Shown piece after piece: positions 24,989-35,626 of a stretch of DNA of 64,000 nucleotides (within the stretch, counting starts at the first letter, position 1; the number at the start of each line of letters is the position of its first letter). The notes under the pieces were generated by a model, which worked only from the letters and a program-made list of their open reading frames with translations, was not told the DNA's origin and searched no databases. Where the stretch lies: NCBI GenBank assembly GCA_965240325.2, contig OZ251249.1:930001-994000 (forward strand). Reading direction: 5' to 3'. Made by a program: the position numbers and the translations under genes. Source of the DNA: Rebecca billardiae RCC1528 (Eukaryota; Protista; Haptophyta).

Positions 24989-25223
24989 CGGCAGCCGCCG
25001 GCGCAGCCGGCACAGGGCAGACGGTGCTCGGGGGCCGAGCGAGCGTGGCGAGCATCATGCCCAGGCACCCGCCGAGAAGCACGCCGCCGCAACATGCAGC
25101 ATGGAGGCGACCTCGCCACCCGTTCAGGCGCCGCTACAATAGGCGGCCTGTTGTCGGGCCAACCCTCTTCATCTATTTTCCTTTGGTCGGGCCGCACCGG
25201 GCACTGGTCTGGACCGGTTGATA

Positions 25224-25742
25224 CAGGCCATCGCGGGCCATAAGGAGCTGTCACGTTAAGAAACTGGGGCTTGCTATCTGCGGATCTGGCGGCCTAGAAA
25301 CTGACTACTGAGGCTAGCGATTGGCTGGTTCGCTATACGCATAGTCACACTAAGAAACCGGGACTACGTCGTCCCGGCTGACGAGTGGTCCGCCGAGGGG
25401 CGAGGCGCAGTCGGCCCGTCGGGGACGCGGCGCGCGGCCCGACTACGAGTACAGGCCAAGTCCCGACTTCTCCTGATGACTGACTCCTGGCCAGTGCACA
25501 GCAGCATCCATGCAACATCATGCCAGATTTGCTCCAAAAAGGCCCAACATTTTCGTCGGCCTCGCCGGCCGGGCCTAAAGACTCAGCGGGGGGCTCTGCC
25601 CCCCTGCGCCCCCCGCGCCTGCGCGGCGGGCGGACCTAGCTAAGAAACTGAGACTCCGTAGGCGCTCGGGCTACCGAACGGCCAAATAAGAAACTGAGGC
25701 TAGCCGTGAGATCTCTGACTTCTTATTGCCCGCGATTGCCTG
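25224..25742. mobile_element. Tc1/mariner(pogo)-type MITE (519 bp)
   Basis: TA|CAGGCCATCGCGGGCCATAAGGAG...CTTCTTATTGCCCGCGATTGCCTG|TA, with internal TAAGAAACTG-type repeats. Confidence 0.82.
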
Positions 25743-25776
25743 TATCCATGCACGACGTGAGAGGGTCTCGCCCGCC

Positions 25777-26784
25777 ATGCCCAGGCAGTCGAGAGGACTC
25801 CGCGTCGGCCTCCTCCTCGTCGCCTGGTTCGAGGTGGCGGGGGCGCTCGACCGCGACGCGATCGCCGCGTGCTTCCCGCGGTGGGAGCGCCTCGCCCTCG
25901 CCACCGTGCGCACGCGCGACGGCCGGTTCGAGTACCCGATGGCCGTGCACGCCCAGAACGATGTCGTGTCCAGCGAGCTGCTGCGCTCGCACACGTGGGA
26001 GATCGACGCGCCGGCCGCGATGGGTGAGGGCGCGGGCGTGCGCATCCCGCCGTCAGGCACCTTCCTCGACATCGGCGGCAACCTCGGCTACTACAGCCTG
26101 CTCTTCGCCAAGTACGGCTGGCGCGTGATCACGGTCGAGCCGATGCCGCACAACGTGGCGGCCATCAACGCGAGCCTGTGCCTCAACCCGGACATCCGGC
26201 ACCGGATCACGCTGGTGAACACGGCGCTGAGCTCGCGCACGACGGGGATGTGCGGCATCCGCTCGCGGGGGGACCGGAACGTGGGCAACGGCATCCTGCT
26301 CTGCCCGGTGGACTGCAGCACGCACGGGCGGCAGATCCGGCACCACAACTTGAAGTGCGCGGACACCGTCCCGCTCACGACGCTCGACCGCGTGCTTGCG
26401 GCGCTGCGGCCGGCCTCGATCGACGTGGTGAAGGTGGACATCGAGGGCTCCGAGTGCGACATGCTCACGGGCGCGCGCTCCCTCTTCCGCGGCGGCGAGG
26501 GCGGGTACCGCCCGCTCGCTGTGCAGATTGAGAGCGGCCGGCGCGGGGAGAACGCGCGCTGCCTCGACAAGCTCGTGGCCAACGCGAGCCGGGAGTGTGA
26601 GCGGAGAGCGTACGGCGGGCCGGGGGCCGCGGAGGGCGTGGGGGTGCCGCCTGCGGCGGCAGAGCGCGCGGGGGCGGCACATCCGCGGCAGCAGCCGTGT
26701 GGCACCTACGCCAGCGGCCGCGCTGGCACCAGCAGCCCGGGGAGCGACCACTTCGTCTTCCTGCGCATGCCAGCAGCCGCCTGA
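25777..26784 (+). CDS. FkbM-family methyltransferase (Methyltransf_21) with signal peptide, intronless
   Basis: FLDIGGNLGYYSL, VITVEPMPHN, VPLTTLD, IDVVKVDIEGSECDMLTGA. Confidence 0.9.
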   Translation: MPRQSRGLRVGLLLVAWFEVAGALDRDAIAACFPRWERLALATVRTRDGRFEYPMAVHAQNDVVSSELLRSHTWEIDAPAAMGEGAGVRIPPSGTFLDIGGNLGYYSLLFAKYGWRVITVEPMPHNVAAINASLCLNPDIRHRITLVNTALSSRTTGMCGIRSRGDRNVGNGILLCPVDCSTHGRQIRHHNLKCADTVPLTTLDRVLAALRPASIDVVKVDIEGSECDMLTGARSLFRGGEGGYRPLAVQIESGRRGENARCLDKLVANASRECERRAYGGPGAAEGVGVPPAAAERAGAAHPRQQPCGTYASGRAGTSSPGSDHFVFLRMPAAA

Positions 26785-26925
26785 GCGGGCCGGGTGATGG
26801 CAGGGCCAGGCGGCAGTGCGGGCGAGTTGACGAACTATACGCGGCGTGGCCGCCTACTCTGGCCGGCCGACACAGAGTTATACTGTTATAGCAGCGTCAG
26901 CTGCCCCGGGCCTGCGTCAACTACA

Positions 26926-28824
26926 TAGGTGGGCCCACAGCCATTTAAAAATGAAAACACAATCTCTCTGGCTTTTTCGGACCGCAGCCGTGCTCTTTTT
27001 CTCGCGCTGAAGTCCCTTTTTCCAGGCCGCCAAACTCCCGGTCCGGGAAGCCGGTCGATCGCGAAAGCGATGACCGGGATCGACCTGTGCGCGTCGTCAG
27101 CGCGTTGTCCGCCGCGCTTGCCCGCCTGCCATGCGAGGCACGCTGCGCCGCACGCCCGTGGCGTGCGGCGTAGCCCTCTGGAACGAGCCATGCGAACGGT
27201 TCATCCCTGGGTCATCTTCCCGGTCTGCCATCTCTCGCCGACAGTCGCACGTTCAAACACGGGAACAGCTTTGAGGATTGTAATGCGAGCACAACGCGAG
27301 CTTGGGACACCCTTGAACGAACTGGTACACTCCGGAGCGTTACTGGTACAGCATCTACATGGCATCCTGGCAAGGCCCAGCTACTTCTGCGGCCCTGCGG
27401 AGACCCGCCTCGTCGGTCAGGTCCCCGGAAGTCTGTGCGGTGTGACCGAACGCTGTGGCTGTTCACATGATCGTGGGCACTTGGGGAAGGATCTGATGGT
27501 CAAACAGCGGTCAAAGTGGATGCGCGTGCCGTCTGTTACCTCCCCGGCCTCGACTCAACTCTCAGTGCCGACGCACCTCAGGTGTTTGGAAGCTACGAGC
27601 CCCTTGGAGGGCCTCGAGCCACACGATTGCACGAGGTCGGGCTGCGCGTCAAGCCGGGTAGATCGCAGCTGATGCGCTTGTTGAGCCCTGTCGTGGCTCT
27701 ACGCGTACCTCAAGAGCCCAGCTACTCCCCCCGCGCGGCCGCACAGCAGTCGCCCCGCCTCTGCTTGGTCATCCGCTGTGCGCCGTGCTCGCTGCGGACA
27801 GTACAGTTGATGCGTTCACCAGTGATTTGAGCCCTTCGTGAGCCTGCCCGAGCACGTTGGTGGCGCCGCCGACGCCGGTGCACGGTCAGCAGGCGTATCA
27901 GCTTACCTGCGAGCCATGTCTCGCCCTGCTGCCACGCAGGAAGCGGTGATGAGTGCACATCGCTACGCGCGCGCGCGCACCACGGCGAGCCAGCTCGGCG
28001 CTGCGACGAAGCGGCCGTTGCGCACGGTTAGGCAAAGGACGGTCCAGCTGAGGACAGCTCGGACACAGCTTGGTCGCAGTGTAGAGCAACGGTTAGGTCG
28101 GGGCATGAGAAAAGGCGTTCGATGCATAGCAGTGCCTGCCTTGAACGCCACAGATGAGCTCTCGACGAACCTTGTCCGCCGTGTTTACGCTGCGGGCTGC
28201 TGGATGGGCCCGGCGCCGCGTGCACCACTCCTGCTTTCCTTGACCACGGCGGGCGGGCTGGCGCCGCGACTCGGTGCGGCTCAATCTTTGCCCACGGCTC
28301 CTTAAGACTCATCCTTCGAGGGTAGAAGGGTTGGAAAAATTCTTAGGTGTCACATGCACGCCGTACGGCTGCTACGAGAGCAGTCTGAAACCGTCTGAAA
28401 TACTATGGCAGCCATGCTGATCAGCATGGCGGTGTATATGTAACGCACGAGTGTAACGGCCGTTATCCCGTATTCTCACAGTGCCCATATACGCCGTATA
28501 TGTGACAATGGGTGTGCATGCTGCTGAAGACCTATGATCAGCTCATCAAAGTGCTATATCAAAGTGACGTCTGTCGACCCTATATATATCACGTTTAAGA
28601 CGCCCGTTACATGGCCGTTACATTGGCCACATGCCATTTCCAATAAGTAAATAGGACCACCGTTACGTCCTATATTTACAGCATGTACCACTGGTTTTTT
28701 AACCAGGCAGGCCGCAGGGGCCATCTCATGGGGCTGGAATCCAGCTCGAGACGAAAGTAAACATCGCGCTATGAGCTCGCGCTCTGCGTCACTATAATCC
28801 CACAGTGGCCAGTGGGCCCACCTA
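26926..28824. mobile_element. Non-autonomous TAGG..CCTA TIR element E1 (hAT-like termini, 1899 bp)
   Basis: Perfect 13-bp TIR TAGGTGGGCCCAC...GTGGGCCCACCTA and a lower-GC interior without a recognisable ORF. Confidence 0.8.
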
Positions 28825-28829
28825 AACTA

Positions 28830-29611
28830 CAGGGGCTCCAACATTAAACTGGACACTTTGGGCAGCAGCTCAGCGTACGGCCTGTGGCTGCCTCGCGCGG
28901 GGTCAGGAGTGGCCAGCTCGGCTCGTGTGCACCCCACTAGGTCTGTCTGCGACCGCGCATAGCCGGGCAGCCCGCGTGGAGCACCCCTCTGGGTCATGCG
29001 GACAGTCGGCACAAGGCTGGTCGTGAGGGCCGTGAAGCAGCCGTGTGGCTTCTGCGCATGTCTGTAGCCAGCAAGCCCGCTCAAGGCCGCGCAGATATTA
29101 TTACGTGGCATGGTCGATGACTATGCGGCATGCGCTCGACAGCCCTGGGCAAGCCCGGACGTAGCGCTACACCAGGAGTATATACGGCTCGATCGGACCA
29201 GCCTACCAGTTGCGCACCTCGCTTGCACAGCTGCTGCACAGCCCATCGATCGGCTCTGGCCGTGCAGGCAAGGGCTACAGTCGGCGCCACTACCCGCAGC
29301 GAACGCTGGAGACCCACCAGTGCGCGCACCAACCCGCCCGCCGCCAAATGCAACCGTGCGCCAGATACGAATTTTAGCAGGCATGCCACCCGCGGGGGCT
29401 CCGTGGACCTGTTCAGAGCCAACCGCTAGTCGGTTGAGCTGTACATCCAAGCCAGCCCTGGCCACACGCTGAGCGCGCCGCTCGCTGCACCCACACCCTG
29501 TCGTCATCCGAGGAGTAAGGTCCATGGCGCTCATGCGAGCCTCTGGCCCATCTCATCGTTAGCAGCCGTAGTCAGCAAAAATCAGTGTCCGAACAATTGT
29601 TGGGGACCCTG
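28830..29611. mobile_element. Tc1/mariner-type non-autonomous element (782 bp)
   Basis: TA|CAGGGGCTCCAACATTAAACTGGACACT...AGTGTCCGAACAATTGTTGGGGACCCTG|TA: an imperfect 28-bp TIR with a TA duplication. Confidence 0.8.
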
Positions 29612-29614
29612 TAT

Positions 29615-31575
29615 TAGGTGGGTCCCTGGCGATTTTCCAGCGGTCTTTTAAACATTTACCGGGTTCTCTGCTGGCCGGATTTCTTTCGCGCGGGGCGCGG
29701 CTCGGGAAAATCGCCGGGCCGCCGGCCGAGGTCCGATCTGAACGCTCCCGACGATGTCGGAGTGCCTCTCCAGCGCGACCGAGCCGCCGTGTGTCGGGTA
29801 GACTACTGCCAACACCTATCGCGCGCTCCAGCGCTTTGCGCGTGCTCACGGATGGGATCCGTGGTCACACATCCCCCGCCTGGCACGTGCCCGCATGTTT
29901 GACTCTCGCCCGGCTAGACGCGTACAGACAACTTGAATCGATCGGCAGGTGTTCGACCCGTGCCTTCGAGCAGGGTCACTTTTCGCTACAGGCGGGTCAG
30001 GCGACGGGAGGCATGGGTCACCACCAGGCATGTGCATACTCTTGACGCTCCCGCCATCTTGAGCAGCTCTACGCACCGTGAAGGTGACAATTGGGCTGCG
30101 CGCAAGCTGCTCGTGAGAACGCACGACAGCCAGCCCCGGGCTCTCGGGGAGCCATGTGAGCGATTGGCGACTTCCGAGAGGGCGTGTTTGGTGGGGCTTG
30201 GTACCAATCATCGACCAGCAGGCCTGGGATGGGTGCACTGAGGACTTGGGATGCTGAGAAGCCGCCGCGATGTGCATCGAGCACGCTGACTTGCCATCCG
30301 TGTGCACGATCCAGCGCCAGGAAGATCAGCAGGGCCTTTGACAGCGGCAGCAGGCGCTCAGCGATCCTTCCCTATGCCGAGTGTGGGCATAATATGCGGT
30401 GCTCGAGCGTGGTCGCAGGATATGGGTCCATTCTTGACAGAACGCGGTCGCGTTGACAGGCGCGGGTGCCACCCCACGCTGTTGCTCCTGCCATCGGGTG
30501 GTCCCACTCGTTCCGCTTGTTATCTGCGAAGACTCGTACTCAGCAAATCTACGGCTAGGCGTGGTAGACCCCTCAGACGCATGTCTGATGATTGCCCGGC
30601 ACGTTCTCGTCGTCACGTTGGGTGTACCTGAGCGAGCGGAAGCCGCAACGTGATGGCTAGGCCAGCAGCTCAACCATCTGACGTCTCGCCGGCCAACTGG
30701 CTGAGTGCTCTCAGCCTAGCAGCAGCGTCGGTGAACCTATCGTATTGCTGCCTGGCAAGAAGATTGCAGGAGGTATCGTCGACGGCATGGGCTGCAGCTG
30801 CGGTAGTCGTGGACTGGTGGCGGCCTCACGCGGGTGGGCATACGACGACCGGTGACACGCGGAGTACGAGCACGGAAGCCGCCGAGCGCGGCAAGCTCCG
30901 GCGGTGGCGTTGGCTGATAGTCCAGCCTCGACGGCGGAGGGCTCCCGTGTGACGACGGTGGCATGCTCGGTGGCGGGCGATGATGCGTGCCTCGGCACGC
31001 AGCCCGCCACAAACACTGCCACTCGCAGGCAGTCCGGTTGCGGCCCGGTTTGCCTGTGTCCGCGTCGCTCGGCGCCTATTCGATGACCCAACAAACGTAC
31101 CCACATATCGGAACGAATTTGAATATATAGTGAGCCACATCCACGGTCAATATAGAGTGGGTAAACGTCGTTCTATATACGGGTAATTGTCTATATACAA
31201 AGTGGGTAATCTGCTCGATCTTGCTGCAGTTTGTTGGAGGTATCCGCGCACAGCATAGAGCCCCACTCTTTGCTTCATAAAATGGTTCGGTCGGGTGTCA
31301 ACGGTTGCCAATAAGTCATTCCGATCGCATGTCGCCATCTAGCCACCATAACCATCAAGTAACGCTTCGCAAAATCTCTATGTGACACTAGTGGCGCGGC
31401 GCGCGCGCGCTCGGCCGCGCGACGGCACGCGGAGTAGGTTTTGAGGTCGAAACTTTTGCTCCGCCCCGATGGGACGCATTTATAGCGTCGATTCTGGGTG
31501 AGAGACGAAATCTAGGACGCCATTCTGAGTGCGCCAGATTCCAGAACATCGCCCCAGTTGGGAGGGACCCACCTA
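29615..31575 (+). mobile_element. Non-autonomous TAGG..CCTA TIR element E2, copy 1 (1961 bp)
   Basis: TIR TAGGTGGGTCCCT...AGGGACCCACCTA. A full-length inverted copy lies at 41211-43178. Confidence 0.92.
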
Positions 31576-31586
31576 CAACTATAGCA

Positions 31587-33277
31587 GACAGGTTGCACGG
31601 AAAAATGACCGCCCGCGACTGACAGATGTTACATTCCCAGTGGACGCGACCTGTCCACCCGTCTTTCGGTACATGGCGCCGTCGCCGTGCGCTCGGAAGC
31701 GGCGCGCGCTCTCGCGCGCTGCACGATGCCCGCTGTTGCGGGTGCAGCGCGCCACTCCGCGCCTCGATCGGCCTCTTCCTGCTTGAGTAGCATGTACCGA
31801 AAGTCAACCACCCTTGAGCTCCAATCGCGACATCGCGCAGCCGCGCGGCACGTTCACGTGGCATCTGAGTCGCAGAGGGCAGCAGAGCAGGCCGTCTCAG
31901 CCTGGAAGAGTTCCAGGCCCGGTGTGAAGAGAGGTAGCAATGCAAGGTGGATACGTGCCATGCACATCGCAGTCTGGCCGCACACGACGTTCGCAGCCTA
32001 CGACTCGCGCGTGCGTGCTTGCGCTCGGCCACGTCCATGCATCAGCTGTGCATGCATTGGATGGAGCGCGCGCGCGACTGGTCTTGCACATCACGTTGCG
32101 CAGCAACAGTCGCGGGAGGAGACACGCGACACTCATAGAATGCGACAACCTTGCAATGTTCATCCAGCGCGTGTTGGTGAGGGTCGAAAAGCTGGCGGCG
32201 GCTACCTCTCAATCGCTCGGTTGCACTTGATGGTGCATGCGCGCCGGCCGGAGCGCTGAAGTGTCAGAGTCGTGGCATGCTCGAGGCTCTTGGATGAGGA
32301 GATGGCCGCTACGCAGTCCGTCTATGTCGTCAGCATGAAGAACGGCATCCACGCACGACGCCTCTCGAACGCACACGTGCTTCCGCGCTGTGACACGCAT
32401 CGACAAGAACTGCTCGGCAGGCTGACGAGGCACCACGCCTCACTCACGCCCAAGAACAGCAGGGCGAGTGCTAAGGAGCGGGCGAAGGAAGCTGTCACTC
32501 GCTGCGGCAAGGACGCTCTTACTGTACGAATGGTCAGTGAGCCCTACATAGCCTTCTTTGTCTCGCGTGAGCGCAGCACCAAGGGTGAGGCGCGAGGTGT
32601 TGCGCAGACGGTCGCACAGGCTCACGTAGACAGCTCGATGGTGATCATCGAAAGCCTCTATCGAGTGTTCAGATGCAGAGCGCGTGCGTACACCGAGCAG
32701 GAGCTGACGACCTACATGCTATCATGCCACGCGTGGATCTCCCCGCCGGCCCACAAGTCGCTGACGACTTACTGTCGAACTCGAATGCTCGCGCGCGGCA
32801 CTGCTGGCGAAGGCTGCACTCGTCGACGAGCTCGGTCCGATCATGACGGTTTGCCATACTGCGCGTGGTGACGGGCGTTGGCGGGCTCGAGGCGGATGGC
32901 GCGGGCGGTGTGAAGCAGATAGAGCCGGGCGTGTGCGCTCGCTCCGAGACGCGTCGAAGGGAGGACTGTCTCCAGCTGCCTGATGATCCTGGTCGAGAGG
33001 GTGATGCTGCTGTGGCTTTGCCGTCTCATCACGCGACGTGTGCTGGGATGATGACAGTCACTGCCGACGGCGAGGGTGTCCCGGCTGTGCTAGCTCAAGG
33101 GATGTAGCGCACGCGGACAAGTCCTGACGACACGCGCATTCAGCTAGTCATCATGCGGGGCTGCATCGACACGCGAGGCGCGCGCCACCCACGAGCGGCG
33201 AGTGGGCGGGCGCCATCCTTCAGAGGCGCCGTCTCTGAGAAATGTAACACCAAGGACAGTTTCCTGTGCAACCTGTC
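31587..33277. mobile_element. GAC..GTC TIR element with a 4-bp target-site duplication (TSD) (1691 bp; superfamily uncertain, Sola-like TSD length)
   Basis: AGCA|GACAGGTTGCACGGAAAAATGACC..TGTTACATT versus AATGTAACA..GGACAGTTTCCTGTGCAACCTGTC|AGCA. Confidence 0.82.
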
Positions 33278-33797
33278 AGCATTAATTCCGTAGTAGTATT
33301 CGATGCCGCGCGGTAGTCGACTGCTACGGTGATGACCGGCTGATGACGACGCGATGAGGAGTAGCACTGGCACTCGGCTGAGCCTGAGGGCGGCGATGAG
33401 GCTCAACTCTGCGGCTCTGCGCAATGCCGCCGTGCTGAGTGCGTGCCCGCGACAAGTTTTCCGGCGCGGCCAGCTGCCGAGTGGCCGCGGCCGGTCGGAG
33501 TGATGCTGATTCCGGGCCCGGGGCCGGGCTGCCGGCGGCTCATCGGGCGCGCGGTAGCAACATGCGCGATGATGCTCGAATGATCACACTGCGGAGAGTC
33601 GTCGGATGGACGCTGTCCGGGATGCCCCTTGGCCTTGCCATCGCCTGATTCTGATCGCCCACGACTGAGCGACGGCGGCCCGAAGTTGGCGTTGCAGCAG
33701 CAGGCCCAGGGCCTGGCGTCGGAGCAGGGCGGCTCCGACAGGGCAGACAGGGCAGCCCGCGCGGGCTGCGCACGGCGCCGCCCCCGCGGCGCGAGGC

Positions 33798-34226
33798 TCA
33801 GGGCATGGACATGTCGAAAAGGCCGGCGTCATCCGCGCCCTCGCCCTCCGCCGCGCGCGCGCCGTCGCTGCTGAAGCCGGCAGGCAGGTCGGCGGGCACG
33901 CCGCTGCCGGTTGGCGCGGCACCTGGATCCTCCAGGAAGGGTAGGTCCATGCCGGCTTGTCTCCCGGCCGCTCGTGCGCGTGGCTCTCCCCGCAGGGGGA
34001 CGGCGGGTGTGCGGCGCAGTGGCGGCTCCACGTCCGAACGGACAGGCGCGCCCGGCACGCTCGCGGCGTGGTCGACGAAGCCGTGCTCGAGGACGGCGAC
34101 CGCGTGGCCGGGGGGCTTGCTCACGCGCGCGGGGCCGGTGAGCACGAGCACCACGGCGAAGACGACGAGGACGCCCAGGCAGCAGCCGGGCACCAGGCTG
34201 CTGGGGCGTTGGCGGCTGAGCCCCAT
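33798..34226 (-). CDS. Small hypothetical type-II membrane protein
   Basis: ATG start, hydrophobic CCLGVLVVFAVVLVL and host-like codon usage. No family recognised. Confidence 0.35.
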   Translation of the reverse strand: MGLSRQRPSSLVPGCCLGVLVVFAVVLVLTGPARVSKPPGHAVAVLEHGFVDHAASVPGAPVRSDVEPPLRRTPAVPLRGEPRARAAGRQAGMDLPFLEDPGAAPTGSGVPADLPAGFSSDGARAAEGEGADDAGLFDMSMP

Positions 34227-34536
34227 GCTGACGGCACAAGCCCGCGGGAGCGGCTCATCGGAGCCACACCCTCGCCTCCCGTCGTCGGCTTGGGCAACGC
34301 ACGCGCGTTCTTCAGTTTGGCTGGTCAGTATCGGCTTGAGAGTGATTCACCTTGATGGTGACGACACGATTACAGTACGACTGTACAATCGAATCGAGTG
34401 TGCAGTCGGCTCGTGCACACTGCACAGCTACCTCAGCTACAGTAGGCTCAGCGAGCGCGGGCGCGCTGCCGGCGGCGCACCCCTGTCACGCACCGCGTGC
34501 GCGCATCGCCACCACCGGCCGCCACAGCCCCAGCGG

Positions 34537-35388
34537 TCAGGCCGCCGCCGGCTCGAGCGGCGGCGCCGCCCCGCCCTCCTGCGGCCCGCCGCCGTCCTGC
34601 GCAAACGGCCGGCCAAAGCCGTCGGCTCGGAAGAGCTCCGCCAGGGGGAAACGGCCCGCGCGCGGCCGCGCGGCGGCGTCGGGCGTGGCGTAGCCGATGG
34701 CGATGGCGCAGGGGATGGCGTAGCGGCGCGGTATGCCCAGCGCGCGGCGCACGCGCCGCTCGTCCAGCCCCTCCATCGGCAGGCTCGCCAGCCCCTCCTC
34801 CGCGGCCGCCAGCATCAGAGTCTGCGCGGCGAGCATCGTCGACTTGACCGCCCACGTCTCCGGGGTGGAGAGCTTGGGCACGGCGCGGAAGAGGCCGACG
34901 AGGAGCATCGCCAGCCGCTTCGCCACGAACATCGGCCAGCGCACCCAGCCCCAGCGGTACCCCGACGCGAACAGCGACACATAGAAGGGCAGCTTACCCA
35001 CGTACTCGGCGGGCGCGCCGGACGCGCGCGCGAGCTCGGCGGCGGCGGGCACGCGGTGGGAGGAGCGCAGGTCGGCGGCGAAGACGGCGACGAGCGGGGC
35101 CTCACGCACGCGCTCGCCGTTCGCCGCGAGCATCCCGCGCGCCAGCGCCTCGCGCGCGCCGCCCTCCTGCACGAGCACGCACGCCCACGGCTGCACGTTG
35201 AAGGACGACGGCGCGAGCGCGGTCGTGGCGGCGAGCGAGCGCACGAGCTCGGGCGCGATGGGGCGGGACGGGTCGAAGCGCTTGCACGCGTACCGCGCGC
35301 GCGCCGCCGCGGCGACCGAGCCCGGCGCGGCGCCGCCTCGCGCCGCGAGCGCCGCGAGCGCGACGAGCCGGAGCGCGCGGCGCAGCAT
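34537..35388 (-). CDS. Nitroreductase family protein (FMN-dependent)
   Basis: RYACKRFD..LAPSSFNVQPW..LAAQTLMLAAAEEGLASLPMEGLD..AIAIGY. ATG at 35388. Confidence 0.92.
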   Translation of the reverse strand: MLRRALRLVALAALAARGGAAPGSVAAAARARYACKRFDPSRPIAPELVRSLAATTALAPSSFNVQPWACVLVQEGGAREALARGMLAANGERVREAPLVAVFAADLRSSHRVPAAAELARASGAPAEYVGKLPFYVSLFASGYRWGWVRWPMFVAKRLAMLLVGLFRAVPKLSTPETWAVKSTMLAAQTLMLAAAEEGLASLPMEGLDERRVRRALGIPRRYAIPCAIAIGYATPDAAARPRAGRFPLAELFRADGFGRPFAQDGGGPQEGGAAPPLEPAAA

Positions 35389-35626
35389 GGCGGCCTCGTG
35401 TTTGGCGGAGATGGCAGACGATGGCAGACTGATCCGCAGATGCCGATCGAAAAATCGCGCAGGCAGCCTCTGCATCAGGTCATTCGCGCTCGTAATTATG
35501 CCGGCGGCCTTGCTGATGCCAAAGAAATAAAGGGGGGTTTGCTGATGCCAAGGTGCTGCGGTGGGCTGCCGCTGCGCCCAGTGGCCACGCGGTGCGCCTT
35601 GCAGCGGGGTATCAGCTGATTGCGCG

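Noticed and set aside
27315-27510. NWYTP...WGRI fragment reminiscent of phage-type N6-adenine methyltransferases
   Set aside because: Interrupted by stops and lacking an NPPY/F motif; too weak to call.
26919-28831. Apparent perfect 7-bp TSD AACTACA around E1
   Set aside because: The final CA of the right copy is the start of the Tc1-like element (TA|CAGGG), so the match is partly coincidental.
26926-33277. Fanzor/TnpB, reverse transcriptase or intact DDE transposase inside the elements
   Set aside because: No RuvC, YxDD or DDE/D motifs recognisable in the ORFs I could read.
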